DNA from: a virus | DNA length: 64,000 nucleotides | UHGV virus genome: UHGV-0211740 | Reading direction: 5' to 3' (one strand) | Shown here: piece by piece, positions 16,100-26,246 of the stretch | How the letters are laid out: each line of letters starts with the position of its first letter | Numbering within the stretch: the stretch's first letter is position 1 | Position numbers and translations under genes: made by a program | Notes under the pieces: generated by a model | Seen by the model: the letters and a program-made list of their open reading frames with translations, nothing else | Databases searched by the model: none | Told to the model about the DNA's origin: nothing

Positions 16100-17656
16100 G
16101 TGTCCAAAAAGAACCGCAGGAAACACAACGCCACAGCCAAAACTGTGAATAAATCTGGGAACGCAGGCGCACCAACTCATAATGTTCGTATGAGTGAGAT
16201 CGGTTCTGGCGCACTTTCCCAAATTATGGCAGAATCGCAATCTATGATGGTTGAGGAATTGCGTTGGCCTCAGCTGATTGCCACAGTGGAGACTATGAAA
16301 TGTGATTCCACAGTTGCTACTGCCTTAGATACAAAATATGTTTTCATCACGAAAGCATTTAATGATTTTAAGATCCTTTATAATGTTAAAAGTGAAGACT
16401 CTAAGAAAGCTGCCGAGCTTATAGAGTATTCTTTGCATAATTTGGCAAACCAACAAACTCTTCGAGATATTGCAAGAAGCGCAGCTACCTTTAACGAGTA
16501 TGGTTTTTCACTGTTTGAGAAAGTATACCGCAGAGAGAAAGAAGGTAAATACGCCGGGATGCTTCTTATTGATAAAATTGCATTCCGACCTCAGGCCAGT
16601 CTGTCCAGATCAGAGCCGTTTGTCTTTGACAAGAACAGTAGAACACTGACAGGTATTTATCAGTCACCTAATGCATTTCTAAACAATCAGAATGCACGCT
16701 GGGCTGGACCTCTTGCTGCAATGCCTTCAAAAGGCTTTAATGAGCCTGAAATTTTCATTCCTGCTAAAAAGCTTATGCTCATGACCCTGTCAGGAACAGA
16801 ATCTAATCCTGCAGGTGTGTCACCGATGATAGGTTGCTACAGATCTTTCCGTGAGAAAGTTCTGATTGAAAACCTTGAGGTTGTTGGCTGCTCCAAAGAC
16901 CTTGGTGGTGTGCTTGAGCTGAAAATTCCTTCCAATATTTTGAATAAGGCCAGTATTGACCCGAATTCGATGGAAGGGAGAATGGTTGCAGATCTGATGC
17001 TTGACGCAGCAAACGCCCACAGTGGTGAGCAAAGTTTCTTTATACTTCCGTCTGATAGGGATAAATCTGGTAAAGAGCTTTACTCTATGACCCTGAAGGG
17101 GGTTGATGGTATTGGTAAGCAGTATTCCACTAAAGATCTGATTGATGCCCGTAAGAAGGCGATTCTTGACCGTTTCGGTGCTGGCTTTATTAACCTCGGT
17201 AACGATAACGTTGGATCCTTCTCTCTGTCTGAGTCAAAACAATCTATCCATGGTCATTTTGTTCAGCGTGATATAGATATTATCACCGAGGCCTTCAATA
17301 AAGATCTTATTCCACAGCTTCTGGCATTGAATGGTATCATCCTTGAAGATGATGATATGCCTAAACTGAAACCCGGTCTGATTGAAGAAGTGGACATGGA
17401 GAGCTTCTCCAAGTTTGTCCAGAGGATCGGTGCTGTAGGTTACTTGCCAAAAACTCCTGCAGTAATTAATAAGATTCTTGAAGTAGGCGGGTTTGATGAA
17501 AGATTTGACGAGGACATGGATCAGGAAGAGCTGATGAAGCTCTTGGGCCAGGATATCAGCAGGGCTGGTGATGGAATGGCTGCAGGATCCACTGGAAACG
17601 GCACTTCTAAGATGTCATCAACCAGAGATAATTCCGTATCCAACATGGAAAATTAA
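16100..17656 (+). CDS. portal protein
   Basis: 518 aa; GTG start with GAGGGG RBS; position directly after terL and before scaffold/capsid genes; size typical of portal proteins. Confidence 0.55.
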   Translation: MSKKNRRKHNATAKTVNKSGNAGAPTHNVRMSEIGSGALSQIMAESQSMMVEELRWPQLIATVETMKCDSTVATALDTKYVFITKAFNDFKILYNVKSEDSKKAAELIEYSLHNLANQQTLRDIARSAATFNEYGFSLFEKVYRREKEGKYAGMLLIDKIAFRPQASLSRSEPFVFDKNSRTLTGIYQSPNAFLNNQNARWAGPLAAMPSKGFNEPEIFIPAKKLMLMTLSGTESNPAGVSPMIGCYRSFREKVLIENLEVVGCSKDLGGVLELKIPSNILNKASIDPNSMEGRMVADLMLDAANAHSGEQSFFILPSDRDKSGKELYSMTLKGVDGIGKQYSTKDLIDARKKAILDRFGAGFINLGNDNVGSFSLSESKQSIHGHFVQRDIDIITEAFNKDLIPQLLALNGIILEDDDMPKLKPGLIEEVDMESFSKFVQRIGAVGYLPKTPAVINKILEVGGFDERFDEDMDQEELMKLLGQDISRAGDGMAAGSTGNGTSKMSSTRDNSVSNMEN

Positions 17657-17724
17657 AAAATTATCAACACAGGGGGTTGCAAAACCTCCTTTGGCGTGAT
17701 AAAATAATCCACATGGGGAATAAG

Positions 17725-18144
17725 ATGCCACAGGAAGAAATGATTTCCTACGAAATCATCTACGAACCTGACACTAAAGATGCTCACGGTGAGTGGATGA
17801 GTAAAGACACCATCAAAAAGGCTAAAGACAACTGGGACGCAGCATACGCCGCAGGACTGGTTTCTGAAAACCTCTTTCACTTGACTTCTACAGATGCTTT
17901 CACTATTGAAAAAACGTGGATTCAAGAAGAGTTTGATGTTGTAGTAATTGGCACTGAGCAGGTCATCAAGGCTGGCTCTTGGGTTGCTAAAGTTAAATAC
18001 AATAATCCTGAGTTATGGGAAGCTAAGAAGGCTGGCATTGTTGGTGGCCTAAGTATTCAGGCAACTGGTAATGTTGATGAAGAAACTGGAGAGATCACCA
18101 ACGTAAATTTCGGGATCAGTGTTGTAGAAGAGGGCAATGAGTAA
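17725..18144 (+). CDS. hypothetical head morphogenesis protein
   Basis: 139 aa from ATG 17725 (GGGGA RBS); between portal and scaffold-like gene; no protease motif recognised. Confidence 0.4.
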   Translation: MPQEEMISYEIIYEPDTKDAHGEWMSKDTIKKAKDNWDAAYAAGLVSENLFHLTSTDAFTIEKTWIQEEFDVVVIGTEQVIKAGSWVAKVKYNNPELWEAKKAGIVGGLSIQATGNVDEETGEITNVNFGISVVEEGNE

Positions 18145-19124
18145 TGTCTGAAAAAACAATCACTATTAAAGAGAAAGGGATTGCCCTGTGCCATAAGGCG
18201 CAAGGCTATAGCGCTAACAATCGACCTGTATCTCTTTTAATGAAGAGCGATCTTCAGCCTGAGCAGTTGACAGAGGATATTGTTAAGGCTCTTCGCCAAG
18301 TCACTGTGGAGCTTAGTTTTGAAGAATACCTGCGTCGTTTCTTCGATATGTGGTATGACGATGCTAAGGCACTGGCTCACCTGCTCGGGTTCGAGATTGA
18401 GGAAGAAGCTTGGGCAAAAGAACACCCAGATTGGGAGTGGGCGCAGGCTGATGCAGAGGCTTGTGTGCAGTGGTTAGAAGAACGTTGTGACAACGTAACC
18501 ATTCACAAAGCTGCTAAAGAAGGTAAAGATTTAAGTATTGTTGACCAATACACTCTGTTAAAAACCCAACAAGTTTTTGAGCAGATGACCGCTGATCTCT
18601 TCGATGAAGAAGGGAAACTTATTAAAGCGGCACAGGAAACCACAGAAGAGGTTGTTACTGATGCTGTGGACAATGTTGATAAATCCGCAAATACCGAGGA
18701 GAATCCGGTGGAAGACGTAACCAAGTCTCAAGAGTACCTGGACCTGCTGAAACAGTTCGAAGAACTGAAGGCTACCAATGAAAAAGCTGAAGAAATCATC
18801 AAGGCTCAGGTAGAAGTTGAAAAAGCTAAAATGCTGGAAAAAGCTCAAGCGTTAAGCTTCGCTACTGAAGAAGATCACACAACTCTGGTCGAATTCATGC
18901 TGGACAAAGCTAATGCTTCTGTTGTTGCATTGCTGGAAAAAGCCCAAGCTCGTATTGCTGAACTGGAAGCTGAAGTTGAAAAAGCTAAAGATGAGTTCGC
19001 AACTACCGAGCAAGGCAAAGATGGTGATGTCGTAGTAGATGACATTGCTAAATCTGCTGAAGATATTATTGCTGAAAACGTCGCTAAAGCTCTGGCTCGT
19101 GCACGTAAAGAATCTAATAAATAA
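18144..19124 (+). CDS. putative scaffolding protein
   Basis: 326 aa, strongly acidic, long helical/coiled-coil-like stretches (AELEAEVEKAKDEF); located between portal and capsid genes. Confidence 0.5.
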   Translation: MSEKTITIKEKGIALCHKAQGYSANNRPVSLLMKSDLQPEQLTEDIVKALRQVTVELSFEEYLRRFFDMWYDDAKALAHLLGFEIEEEAWAKEHPDWEWAQADAEACVQWLEERCDNVTIHKAAKEGKDLSIVDQYTLLKTQQVFEQMTADLFDEEGKLIKAAQETTEEVVTDAVDNVDKSANTEENPVEDVTKSQEYLDLLKQFEELKATNEKAEEIIKAQVEVEKAKMLEKAQALSFATEEDHTTLVEFMLDKANASVVALLEKAQARIAELEAEVEKAKDEFATTEQGKDGDVVVDDIAKSAEDIIAENVAKALARARKESNK

Positions 19125-19142
19125 TTTGCGTAATAGGGGAAA

Positions 19143-19520
19143 ATGATGATCACCACTCAATATTCTGATATCGTGCTCGGCAAAGTAGATGCAAGCGATG
19201 CAGGTTTCAACTTTAAAGAGATTGAAATTACCCTTACTGCTGATCACGTTGCTGGCGCAGTAGTTACCAAAACTGGCACTCTGGCTAATCAAGATGGCAC
19301 AGATACCTTTGGTGTACTGGTTGACCGCGCTCTTCTGCCTGACGATTCTGGTAAAGTTAATCTGGCAGAGCCTCTGAAAGTTGGCGAGAAGTATAAACTG
19401 GTTGTTGCTGTTCGTGGCGTTACTTTCGCTAAAAAACATCTGAAAGTGGCTGGCGGTACGGCTGCACCTGCTGCAGTTCTGGAAGCTCTCGAAGCCAAAG
19501 GCAACAAAGTTCAGGAATAA
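19143..19520 (+). CDS. putative head decoration protein (lambda D-like position)
   Basis: 125 aa, Gly/Ala/Thr-rich beta-type composition, immediately upstream of the major capsid gene as in lambda D-E. Confidence 0.4.
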   Translation: MMITTQYSDIVLGKVDASDAGFNFKEIEITLTADHVAGAVVTKTGTLANQDGTDTFGVLVDRALLPDDSGKVNLAEPLKVGEKYKLVVAVRGVTFAKKHLKVAGGTAAPAAVLEALEAKGNKVQE

Positions 19521-19567
19521 TCCTAGATCTTTGGGAAACAAAATTTTAAAGTTATTTGGAGAAAATA

Positions 19568-20569
19568 ATGCGTAAAGATGATTTTGGTATTGTTGATTTA
19601 GGTGCTACTCTTGAACTGGTTCCGCGCCAATATCGCCTGATTACTGGTATGGATCTGTTTGAAACCCATCTCGGCACCTCAACAATTGCACAGATCGAAC
19701 GTGTTGATGAGGTGGTTGGTGATATTGCCGCTCGTCGTCGTGGTGGTGAACGTAACTACGTTGATAGCGAACGTTCACAGATCAAAAACCTGAACATCCC
19801 GTTCTTCCCACTGGATAAGGGAATCACTGCTGCGGACGTTCAGAACTTCCGTCGCTACTTCACTCCGGATGCACCGAAAACTGTGCAAGACGTGGTTACT
19901 CGTGTAGTTCGTCGTATTCGTCTGAGCCACGAAACCTTGCGTGAAAAAGCTCTTTTTGCTGCAGTTCTGGGTAAATCCTATGCACCTGGTGATGCAACCT
20001 GTCAGTATGACTATTACAAACTGTGGGGCGTTTCCCAGAAATCTATCGAAATCGATCCTAAAAATGCAGCACAGGACCCGATGGAAGTAATCGAAGATGC
20101 ACGTCTGCACATTGCTCTGCAGGCTGGTGACAACGCTGGTGCTTACAACATCATCGCGCTGTGCTCTCCGAAATTCTTCTCTGCACTGGTTCATCATCCG
20201 CTGGTAGAGCTGGCTTACACCTACTACAGCTCTTCTCAGGAACCGCTGCGTCGTCGTCTGGGTGCAGGTGGCGAACAGAGCATTTACCGTGTGTTTGAAC
20301 ACAAAGGCATGACCTTCATCGAAGACATCTCTGGCAACATTCCGGACGGTGAGGCTCGCCTGATGCCTATGGGTATTGACCAGATGTTCCAGCTGCACTT
20401 TGCTCCTGCTGACACTGTGGAAGATGCAAATACCCCAGCTCAAGAACTGTATATGTGGTATAAACACTCTGCCTACCTGAGAGAACAGAAAATCGAATCT
20501 GAAACCTCTATGCTGGCAGTTAACACCCGTCCAGAGCTGGTTGTTAAAGCAACTCTGAAAAGTGAATAA
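19568..20569 (+). CDS. major capsid protein (lambda E-like family suspected)
   Basis: 333 aa from ATG 19568 (GGAG RBS); size and position match lambda gpE; loose motif resemblance to gpE; followed by a strong terminator. Confidence 0.6.
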   Translation: MRKDDFGIVDLGATLELVPRQYRLITGMDLFETHLGTSTIAQIERVDEVVGDIAARRRGGERNYVDSERSQIKNLNIPFFPLDKGITAADVQNFRRYFTPDAPKTVQDVVTRVVRRIRLSHETLREKALFAAVLGKSYAPGDATCQYDYYKLWGVSQKSIEIDPKNAAQDPMEVIEDARLHIALQAGDNAGAYNIIALCSPKFFSALVHHPLVELAYTYYSSSQEPLRRRLGAGGEQSIYRVFEHKGMTFIEDISGNIPDGEARLMPMGIDQMFQLHFAPADTVEDANTPAQELYMWYKHSAYLREQKIESETSMLAVNTRPELVVKATLKSE

Positions 20570-20593
20570 TCACTAAGGTGATTCATCCCATAT

Positions 20594-20621
20594 GGGGAGG
20601 GGGTTCTCCCCTCCCCTTTTT
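20594..20621 (+). terminator. rho-independent terminator
   Basis: GGGGAGGGGG-TTCT-CCCCTCCCC hairpin then TTTTT, directly after the capsid gene. Confidence 0.7.
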
Positions 20622-20649
20622 ATTTATTAGGGTTTAACAGGAGTGTCCC

Positions 20650-21492
20650 GTGAAGAGAGCCGTATATCCAGTCGAGTATGATCCTCTATTAAGAGTTTTC
20701 AATAACCAGTTAAGTTTTTATCAATTTTTAGCACAATATAACCCAGAAATCAATGTTGGTTTATCAGCCCTGCTGCCACCAACAGAATTCGTTATTGGCA
20801 GTGTTCATTACCCGTGCAGAACAATTGTAGACTTCTTCAAGAAGATTGCAAAACATACGGGCCTGCCAATCGATACTGGTATTTCAACTATCCGTATGGG
20901 TGTTATTCTTCTGTTCTTCACAGAGAACCTTGATGAAAGCACTTTAACACTGCAAAGCGGTGATGTCAATATCACACTCACCCCGTCAGTCTTTAAAGAA
21001 GTAGATGCTGCTTTCAAGGTTTCCGTGGCAGAAGGTTATCTGTGGGATCCTGAAGGGATGCCTAAAAAAGTGACCATAAACGATGAGCAATGCGATGTTG
21101 TTTATGCAGCTGATACCCAAACTTTCACCATTGAGTGGCCTAAGAAACGTTCTCAGGTTGTAAATCTTGGTTTGACCTCTACAGTGGCACCGGAACCAGC
21201 TCCACCTGTGCCGCCTGTAGGTCCTACTGAACCTGGTGGTGGTGAAGAATCCCAAGGTCCGACTGTACCGGAGGAAGGCACTGAGCAGGATCCTGAACAG
21301 GCACAAGAATCAAGATCTTCTCGTAGTGATGTTGATGCCGTGCTACAGCAGGCCGCAGCTCTTAACAACGAAGATGACAAAAGTGGTTCAAAAGATGCAC
21401 TCCAAACCTTCGCCAAAGAGCACGGTGTTACCTTAAGTAAGGCAAAAACTTTCCAAAATATGATGAAAGATTTTGAGGCTGCACTGGCATAA
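20650..21492 (+). CDS. hypothetical virion-associated protein
   Basis: 280 aa, GTG start with AGGAG RBS; contains a Pro-rich linker (APEPAPPVPPVGPTEPGG). Confidence 0.45.
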   Translation: MKRAVYPVEYDPLLRVFNNQLSFYQFLAQYNPEINVGLSALLPPTEFVIGSVHYPCRTIVDFFKKIAKHTGLPIDTGISTIRMGVILLFFTENLDESTLTLQSGDVNITLTPSVFKEVDAAFKVSVAEGYLWDPEGMPKKVTINDEQCDVVYAADTQTFTIEWPKKRSQVVNLGLTSTVAPEPAPPVPPVGPTEPGGGEESQGPTVPEEGTEQDPEQAQESRSSRSDVDAVLQQAAALNNEDDKSGSKDALQTFAKEHGVTLSKAKTFQNMMKDFEAALA

Positions 21493-21501
21493 TTTTGTTA
21501 A

Positions 21502-21537
21502 GGCCCCTTCCAAATCAGGAATGGGGCTTTATTTTTA
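21502..21537 (+). terminator. terminator-like hairpin
   Basis: GCCCC ... GGGGC stem with 15-nt loop followed by TTTATTTTTAT. Confidence 0.4.
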
Positions 21538-21551
21538 TGAGGTATTTTCAA

Positions 21552-22172
21552 ATGGCATGGTATGAAGATGAAGAGATTATCCCGTCCCCTCCTAACCATG
21601 ATGGTGTAGTCGATACCCCAGAAGATCCACCAAAAGAAGATCCTGTGCCTCCAGAACCTGATCCGGACCAACCTCTTATTGATATTATGAGGTTATTGCT
21701 TGGCAATGTTGATGAGGAAACACTACCCGATGAGGTAATTAAAACATTCCTCGACATGGAGAAGCTGAAACTAAATTACCCGGCAAACCCTGATAAGCTA
21801 CCTCTGCTTAAGTACAATGTGCTTGTGCAGCTTGTGCGGTGGCTGATGATGCAAGAAGTGTCCAGCGGTAATGCAAGTATAACTTCCCGTCTGGAAAAAA
21901 TAGGTGATGAGACCATAGAGATTCGTGGTGGATCTTCCTACGCCCAGTGGAAAGATTTCCTTGATTGGCTGCTGGCACACCCCGACTATGTAGATTCTGA
22001 TCTGGATGCTTATAGCAGAATGATCATTATCGGTGGTGTTCGTGTAGACGAAGGAGTTCGGGTTAAATTTAATGAAAACAGTAACGGCCCGTTCGATGTT
22101 CAGGGGATTACACCTATTAGTGGTCTAAATAATCAACCTCCTCGCCACCCAAGACGCAAACGCAGTTTTTAA
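21552..22172 (+). CDS. putative head-tail connector/adaptor protein
   Basis: 206 aa from ATG 21552; acidic Pro-rich N-terminus; position between capsid and tail genes; function tentative. Confidence 0.3.
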   Translation: MAWYEDEEIIPSPPNHDGVVDTPEDPPKEDPVPPEPDPDQPLIDIMRLLLGNVDEETLPDEVIKTFLDMEKLKLNYPANPDKLPLLKYNVLVQLVRWLMMQEVSSGNASITSRLEKIGDETIEIRGGSSYAQWKDFLDWLLAHPDYVDSDLDAYSRMIIIGGVRVDEGVRVKFNENSNGPFDVQGITPISGLNNQPPRHPRRKRSF

Positions 22173-22178
22173 AAATTG

Positions 22179-22207
22179 TTGCTTTTGATGCATCTTTGTG
22201 GTAAAAT
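22179..22207 (+). promoter_or_regulatory. promoter with conserved TGGTAAAATA extended -10
   Basis: TTGCTT (22179-22184), 17-nt spacer including TGG, TAAAAT (22202-22207). Confidence 0.45.
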
Positions 22208-22226
22208 ACATTAGTGAGGAATAATA

Positions 22227-22691
22227 ATGCTAAAGGTTAAATGTCAAACAAGGTTCAACCTAAAGCGTTTAGATCGCTTTTACAAAGAACTTGTGAAACT
22301 TGAGAGCAAAACAATAACCTACGGCTTTTATGACGAACCTCACCCTTCGGGCTTAAATATGGCGACATTGGCAGCTATTCACAACTTCGGTTGGAACGGG
22401 CTGCCTGTTCGCAATTTTATGGAGACAGCCTTTGCATTTCACAGCACTCAGCTGCAGACCTTAACAGAAAAATTGTTGAGAGCTATGGCTAGAGGGTCAA
22501 ATGCAGAGGCCATTCTTAGGCAGATGGGGGATACAGGGGCCAAAGCTATCCAGTTTGTTATTGAGGCTGGGCAGTTTAGTAATCCTACGGTTAGTGAGCA
22601 GTGGGCACAAGAGAAGGGCTTCAACGAAGCTATGCGGCATTATGATGTGCTGCTTGAATCTGCAACCTTTAAAATTGGACAGCAAAAATAA
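22227..22691 (+). CDS. hypothetical neck/head-completion protein
   Basis: 154-aa ORF with GAGGA RBS, in head-tail joining region. Confidence 0.45.
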   Translation: MLKVKCQTRFNLKRLDRFYKELVKLESKTITYGFYDEPHPSGLNMATLAAIHNFGWNGLPVRNFMETAFAFHSTQLQTLTEKLLRAMARGSNAEAILRQMGDTGAKAIQFVIEAGQFSNPTVSEQWAQEKGFNEAMRHYDVLLESATFKIGQQK

Positions 22692-22700
22692 GGGGGTTGA

Positions 22701-23126
22701 GTGGCAGCAGGTTATAGGCTGATAGGAAAGAACAGGCTAATACCTCGTAAAACATTCAAAGGTCGCCACAGAGTGTATAACAAAACAATTGGTGGGCCTT
22801 TTGTCAACGAGGGGTTAGAACTTGAATATGAAGAGTTTGATGTCTTAGAGTGTGTTGTGCAGCCGTTGACAGGAAGGGCAGCTAAAGATTACTCCTCTCA
22901 AATAAACCCTGAGGGTGACAGACAGTATGAGGCTTTTACAGTTTACTCATCAACCAAGTTGTATAGTCCGGATGAAGGAACGTATGCAATGGCTGATCAA
23001 ATTCAACTGCCTGACATACGTGGTGACTTGAAATGGTTTACCGTTTTAAAGTGTGATGCATATGTCACGTCTGGTGGGGGAAGATATAGATTTTTTGTGG
23101 TAGAAGAGCCTGAAGGAGAAAACTAA
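22701..23126 (+). CDS. hypothetical neck protein
   Basis: 141-aa ORF, GTG start after AAGGGGG RBS. Confidence 0.4.
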   Translation: MAAGYRLIGKNRLIPRKTFKGRHRVYNKTIGGPFVNEGLELEYEEFDVLECVVQPLTGRAAKDYSSQINPEGDRQYEAFTVYSSTKLYSPDEGTYAMADQIQLPDIRGDLKWFTVLKCDAYVTSGGGRYRFFVVEEPEGEN

Positions 23127-23677
23127 TGGAAGCTTTCGAAAAAGTTTTTTCTGATCTTGAAACCACTATTGCTAAACTCGTCAAGGTTGCTACAGGAAGA
23201 ACTGTGGTTCTGGCAGAAAGTTCTACCATACCGAAGCCGGAAGGTGAGTTTGTACTTTTACAAACATTGGCGATCAATCCTACCACTTGGGAAGACAATG
23301 AGTTTCAAGATGCGGAGGGTAATGCTTACGTCACCCACAGTTACACTGTTACTTATCTGTTAACAGCTTATCGTGGCAGGGCATATGCTGCACTGAGTAG
23401 AGTACTGCAAGCAATCAATCTCCCAATGTTTTATGACAAGTATTTCCCTCTGGGATCGTGCTTTGCCTACTCTAACAATTCAACAATCTCACCTCAAAGG
23501 GTGCCGTTGAATAAGCAGACGTATGAAAATAGAGCCACTGTAATGTTGACATTTAACGTAAGGTTTGTTGAGACAGACATTGGGGCTTTTGAAGATCTCC
23601 AGGGAATCAAGGCTGAAGTAACCACACATTTCCCTTCACCCGATGCTGGTCAAGCGGTTACAGACAGCGGTCAGTAA
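23126..23677 (+). CDS. hypothetical neck/tail terminator-like protein
   Basis: 183-aa ORF immediately upstream of the large tail protein. Confidence 0.4.
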   Translation: MEAFEKVFSDLETTIAKLVKVATGRTVVLAESSTIPKPEGEFVLLQTLAINPTTWEDNEFQDAEGNAYVTHSYTVTYLLTAYRGRAYAALSRVLQAINLPMFYDKYFPLGSCFAYSNNSTISPQRVPLNKQTYENRATVMLTFNVRFVETDIGAFEDLQGIKAEVTTHFPSPDAGQAVTDSGQ

Positions 23678-23749
23678 TCGTTATAATTGTGTAGTGTAAT
23701 GATTACACTGCGTGTTTGATATCCGTGCACAGATATTAAGAGGAAACAA

Positions 23750-25126
23750 ATGCCATATTTAGATAAAGTGGTAGATGTTACAGTTAACCTCGGAACCCAG
23801 CCTATTGACACTGTAGGTTTCGAAACTCCCCTGTTCATCGCTATCCACAATAACTTTACTGAGCGAGCTCGCGTATATGCTGAGCTGGACCAGATGGTGG
23901 AAGATGGTTTCGCACAAGGCTCTGCAGCATATGAGTTTGCAGCAAAAGCTTTTGGTGGTGTATTCCCTCCACAATATGTTATGATCGGCAGACAAGCCAA
24001 AGAAAAAACCACTGTAGATTTTAAAGGTATTGCTGCCGCAGCCGATACCGATGTCGTAATGACTATTGCAAAAGGTGACTACAATACTGCCTTGATAGTC
24101 CCTGTTTCTGGTGGAACAGCTGCAACTCAGATTGCAGAATCAATGAAGACCAAAATTGAAGCAGATGATAGCTTGAACGATATCACTGTAGTGGCTTCTG
24201 AAGGTGTTCTCACCATCACTGGTGACTGCACTGTTGGTTATCATACTGGTAACTATACCATTAAGAATGTCCCTAATGCTGAAAAACCTTCTACAGTAAT
24301 TGACAAGATCAATGCTGAGCGAGACAATTGGTACTTCCTGTGCCATGAAGACCACACTGACATTGAAGCGTGTGCTAAGTGGGCTCAGGCTAACTACAAG
24401 TTGCATGTCTACTCTACTTCAGAAGATGTAACTGGTAAAGACAGCAACATCGCCGCTAAACTGAAAGCTGCAAAATATGACAGTGTTGGTATGTACGACC
24501 CTCGCGCCGACAAAGACTTCCCAGAGGGCGGTATTATCGGTGCTATGGCATCCAACGACCCATCTTACGGCGACAGCTTACACTTAAAACAGATGCCTGG
24601 TGTGCTTGCACCATCACTGACATTGACCCAGCGCATGGCGATTTGGGAGAACAACATTAACTTCTACAGAACAATCAACGGTGTTGGTGCTTTCTGGGAA
24701 GGTAAATGTGCCTCTGGTCAGTATGCAGATGCTATCCGCTTCGCTCACTGGATTAAGTTTAGATCTGAAGAGTCCATGTTCGGATATATGCACCGCCGCT
24801 CTAATATGGGCCTGAGCATGAAGATGTCTGATGATGATCTGCCAGTTATCAAGTCTGTTCTGATGAACAACCCGATCAATACGGGCATTAAGAACGGTGC
24901 GATCCTGACAGGTTTTGACGAAGACAATAATGTATTCTACGACCCGATCATTACAGTTCCAAAACGTGCAGAAATCCCGACCAACCAGTTGGCTGCTCGT
25001 GTTCTGGAAGGTGTGAAAGTAGAACTGGTGTATAACAACGCTCTGCACTTCGTTCGTATCCGGATCAACGTTCTTCTGGACAAAGTTGGTTCTAAATCCA
25101 CCAATGCTGTTGCAATGACTGAATAA
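23750..25126 (+). CDS. major tail structural protein (tail sheath-like; assignment tentative)
   Basis: 458 aa; followed by a 157-aa gene, a chaperone pair and the tape measure, the order expected for sheath-tube-chaperone-TMP; a C-terminal segment (FWEGKCASG) is reminiscent of sheath proteins from memory. Confidence 0.4.
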   Translation: MPYLDKVVDVTVNLGTQPIDTVGFETPLFIAIHNNFTERARVYAELDQMVEDGFAQGSAAYEFAAKAFGGVFPPQYVMIGRQAKEKTTVDFKGIAAAADTDVVMTIAKGDYNTALIVPVSGGTAATQIAESMKTKIEADDSLNDITVVASEGVLTITGDCTVGYHTGNYTIKNVPNAEKPSTVIDKINAERDNWYFLCHEDHTDIEACAKWAQANYKLHVYSTSEDVTGKDSNIAAKLKAAKYDSVGMYDPRADKDFPEGGIIGAMASNDPSYGDSLHLKQMPGVLAPSLTLTQRMAIWENNINFYRTINGVGAFWEGKCASGQYADAIRFAHWIKFRSEESMFGYMHRRSNMGLSMKMSDDDLPVIKSVLMNNPINTGIKNGAILTGFDEDNNVFYDPIITVPKRAEIPTNQLAARVLEGVKVELVYNNALHFVRIRINVLLDKVGSKSTNAVAMTE

Positions 25127-25136
25127 GGAATACTAG

Positions 25137-25610
25137 ATGGAAACTCAAATTTTAACTCCTTATGCGTATGACCCTAAAAAGGTCAAACTGTATCTGATGC
25201 AGCAGCGTGTCACTGGCTTCGCTGCTGACACCAAGATCGTTGTTTCAAGAAATGAAGACAACATCTACCCTCACGTCGGTGTGGATGGCGAAATGTCTGC
25301 GGCTCTGTCTCGTAACCAATCCGGTGTTATGACTGTATCTTTGCAGAACACTTCTGTATGGAACGCCTACCTTTCTGACTGGCAGAAACAGGCATCAATC
25401 ACTGGTCTGGTATTCTTCCCGGTTCTGTTGGAAGGTAGCCAGGGTCCTGGTATTGCCACAATCGGTTGGATCCAGAAACAGCCCGACCTGACTTATGGAA
25501 CCGAAGTAGGTCAGCTGGACTGGGATATCGGTATCCTGGATGCATGGCTCAACCGTGACAACATCACTGGTGCTCTCACTGGCCTCGCAGGTCTTGCAGG
25601 TATTATCTAA
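25137..25610 (+). CDS. putative tail tube protein
   Basis: 157 aa directly after the sheath-like gene. Confidence 0.4.
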   Translation: METQILTPYAYDPKKVKLYLMQQRVTGFAADTKIVVSRNEDNIYPHVGVDGEMSAALSRNQSGVMTVSLQNTSVWNAYLSDWQKQASITGLVFFPVLLEGSQGPGIATIGWIQKQPDLTYGTEVGQLDWDIGILDAWLNRDNITGALTGLAGLAGII

Positions 25611-25628
25611 GAGCACACTTCAGCATAA

Positions 25629-25659
25629 GCCTCACCTTCAGGTGGGGCTTTTTGCTTTT
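25629..25659 (+). terminator. rho-independent terminator
   Basis: GCCTCACC-TTCA-GGTGGGGC hairpin then TTTTTGCTTTT. Confidence 0.6.
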
Positions 25660-25700
25660 ATGGTTCTGACACACGTTCTTGAATTGCTTGAAAGGTTAAA

Positions 25701-25729
25701 TTGACAATGCACCATAATCATGGTAAAAT
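25701..25729 (+). promoter_or_regulatory. promoter with conserved TGGTAAAATA extended -10
   Basis: TTGACA (25701-25706), 17-nt spacer, TGGTAAAAT (25721-25729). Confidence 0.5.
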
Positions 25730-25772
25730 ACACAAATATGGTGCACAACATGACTAATAAGGATGCTATAAA

Positions 25773-26246
25773 ATGGCTATAAACTTTAGACCTACAACAG
25801 AGATTGACTTAGCAGGGCACAACTTCGTGATCACCCACTGGGGGCCGATGAAGGCAATGAAAAACATGCCTAAGATTGGCAAGATTGTGGCTGTCCCGTT
25901 GGGTGCTATCGGTGGATCTATTATCTCAGGCGGTCAGAATATGGCAGAGGTCCTTCCTACTGCTCTGGCCTACCTGTTCCAGGAACTTGATGATAACTCT
26001 ATTGAAGAGTTATTTAAAATCTTGTTCGAAGATATTACTGTAGACGGTGTGGATAGGCTTAATCCCGATGTCGTGTTTGCAGGGCATCTGCTGGAAATGA
26101 TTAAACTGGCAGGTAAGGTTCTGGAGGTTAACTACGGCTGTTTTTTCACACAAGACGGTTTAGGAAGCCTTCTGGAGATGTTACAGCAGATGGGTATGAT
26201 TCAGCAGGTGAACAATCTGGATCAGACTCCGGAAGAGCAGGAATAA
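25773..26246 (+). CDS. tail assembly chaperone
   Basis: 157 aa, acidic C-terminus, directly upstream of tape measure; overlapped at its 3' end by an open -1 frame. Confidence 0.55.
   Translation: MAINFRPTTEIDLAGHNFVITHWGPMKAMKNMPKIGKIVAVPLGAIGGSIISGGQNMAEVLPTALAYLFQELDDNSIEELFKILFEDITVDGVDRLNPDVVFAGHLLEMIKLAGKVLEVNYGCFFTQDGLGSLLEMLQQMGMIQQVNNLDQTPEEQE

Noticed and set aside
18852-19541. 229-aa minus-strand ORF inside scaffold/decoration genes
   Set aside because: Antisense shadow ORF within confidently coding plus-strand genes; Ser/Phe-rich junk-like translation.
19775-20467. 230-aa minus-strand ORF inside the major capsid gene
   Set aside because: Antisense to the capsid gene; no RBS and no independent support.
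23750-25126. Alternative reading of the 458-aa protein as the major capsid protein (size similar to some large-phage capsid precursors)
   Set aside because: A lambda-E-like capsid gene with scaffold and decoration genes already sits upstream at 18144-20569, and this gene is followed by tube/chaperone/tape-measure genes; a tail protein is more parsimonious.
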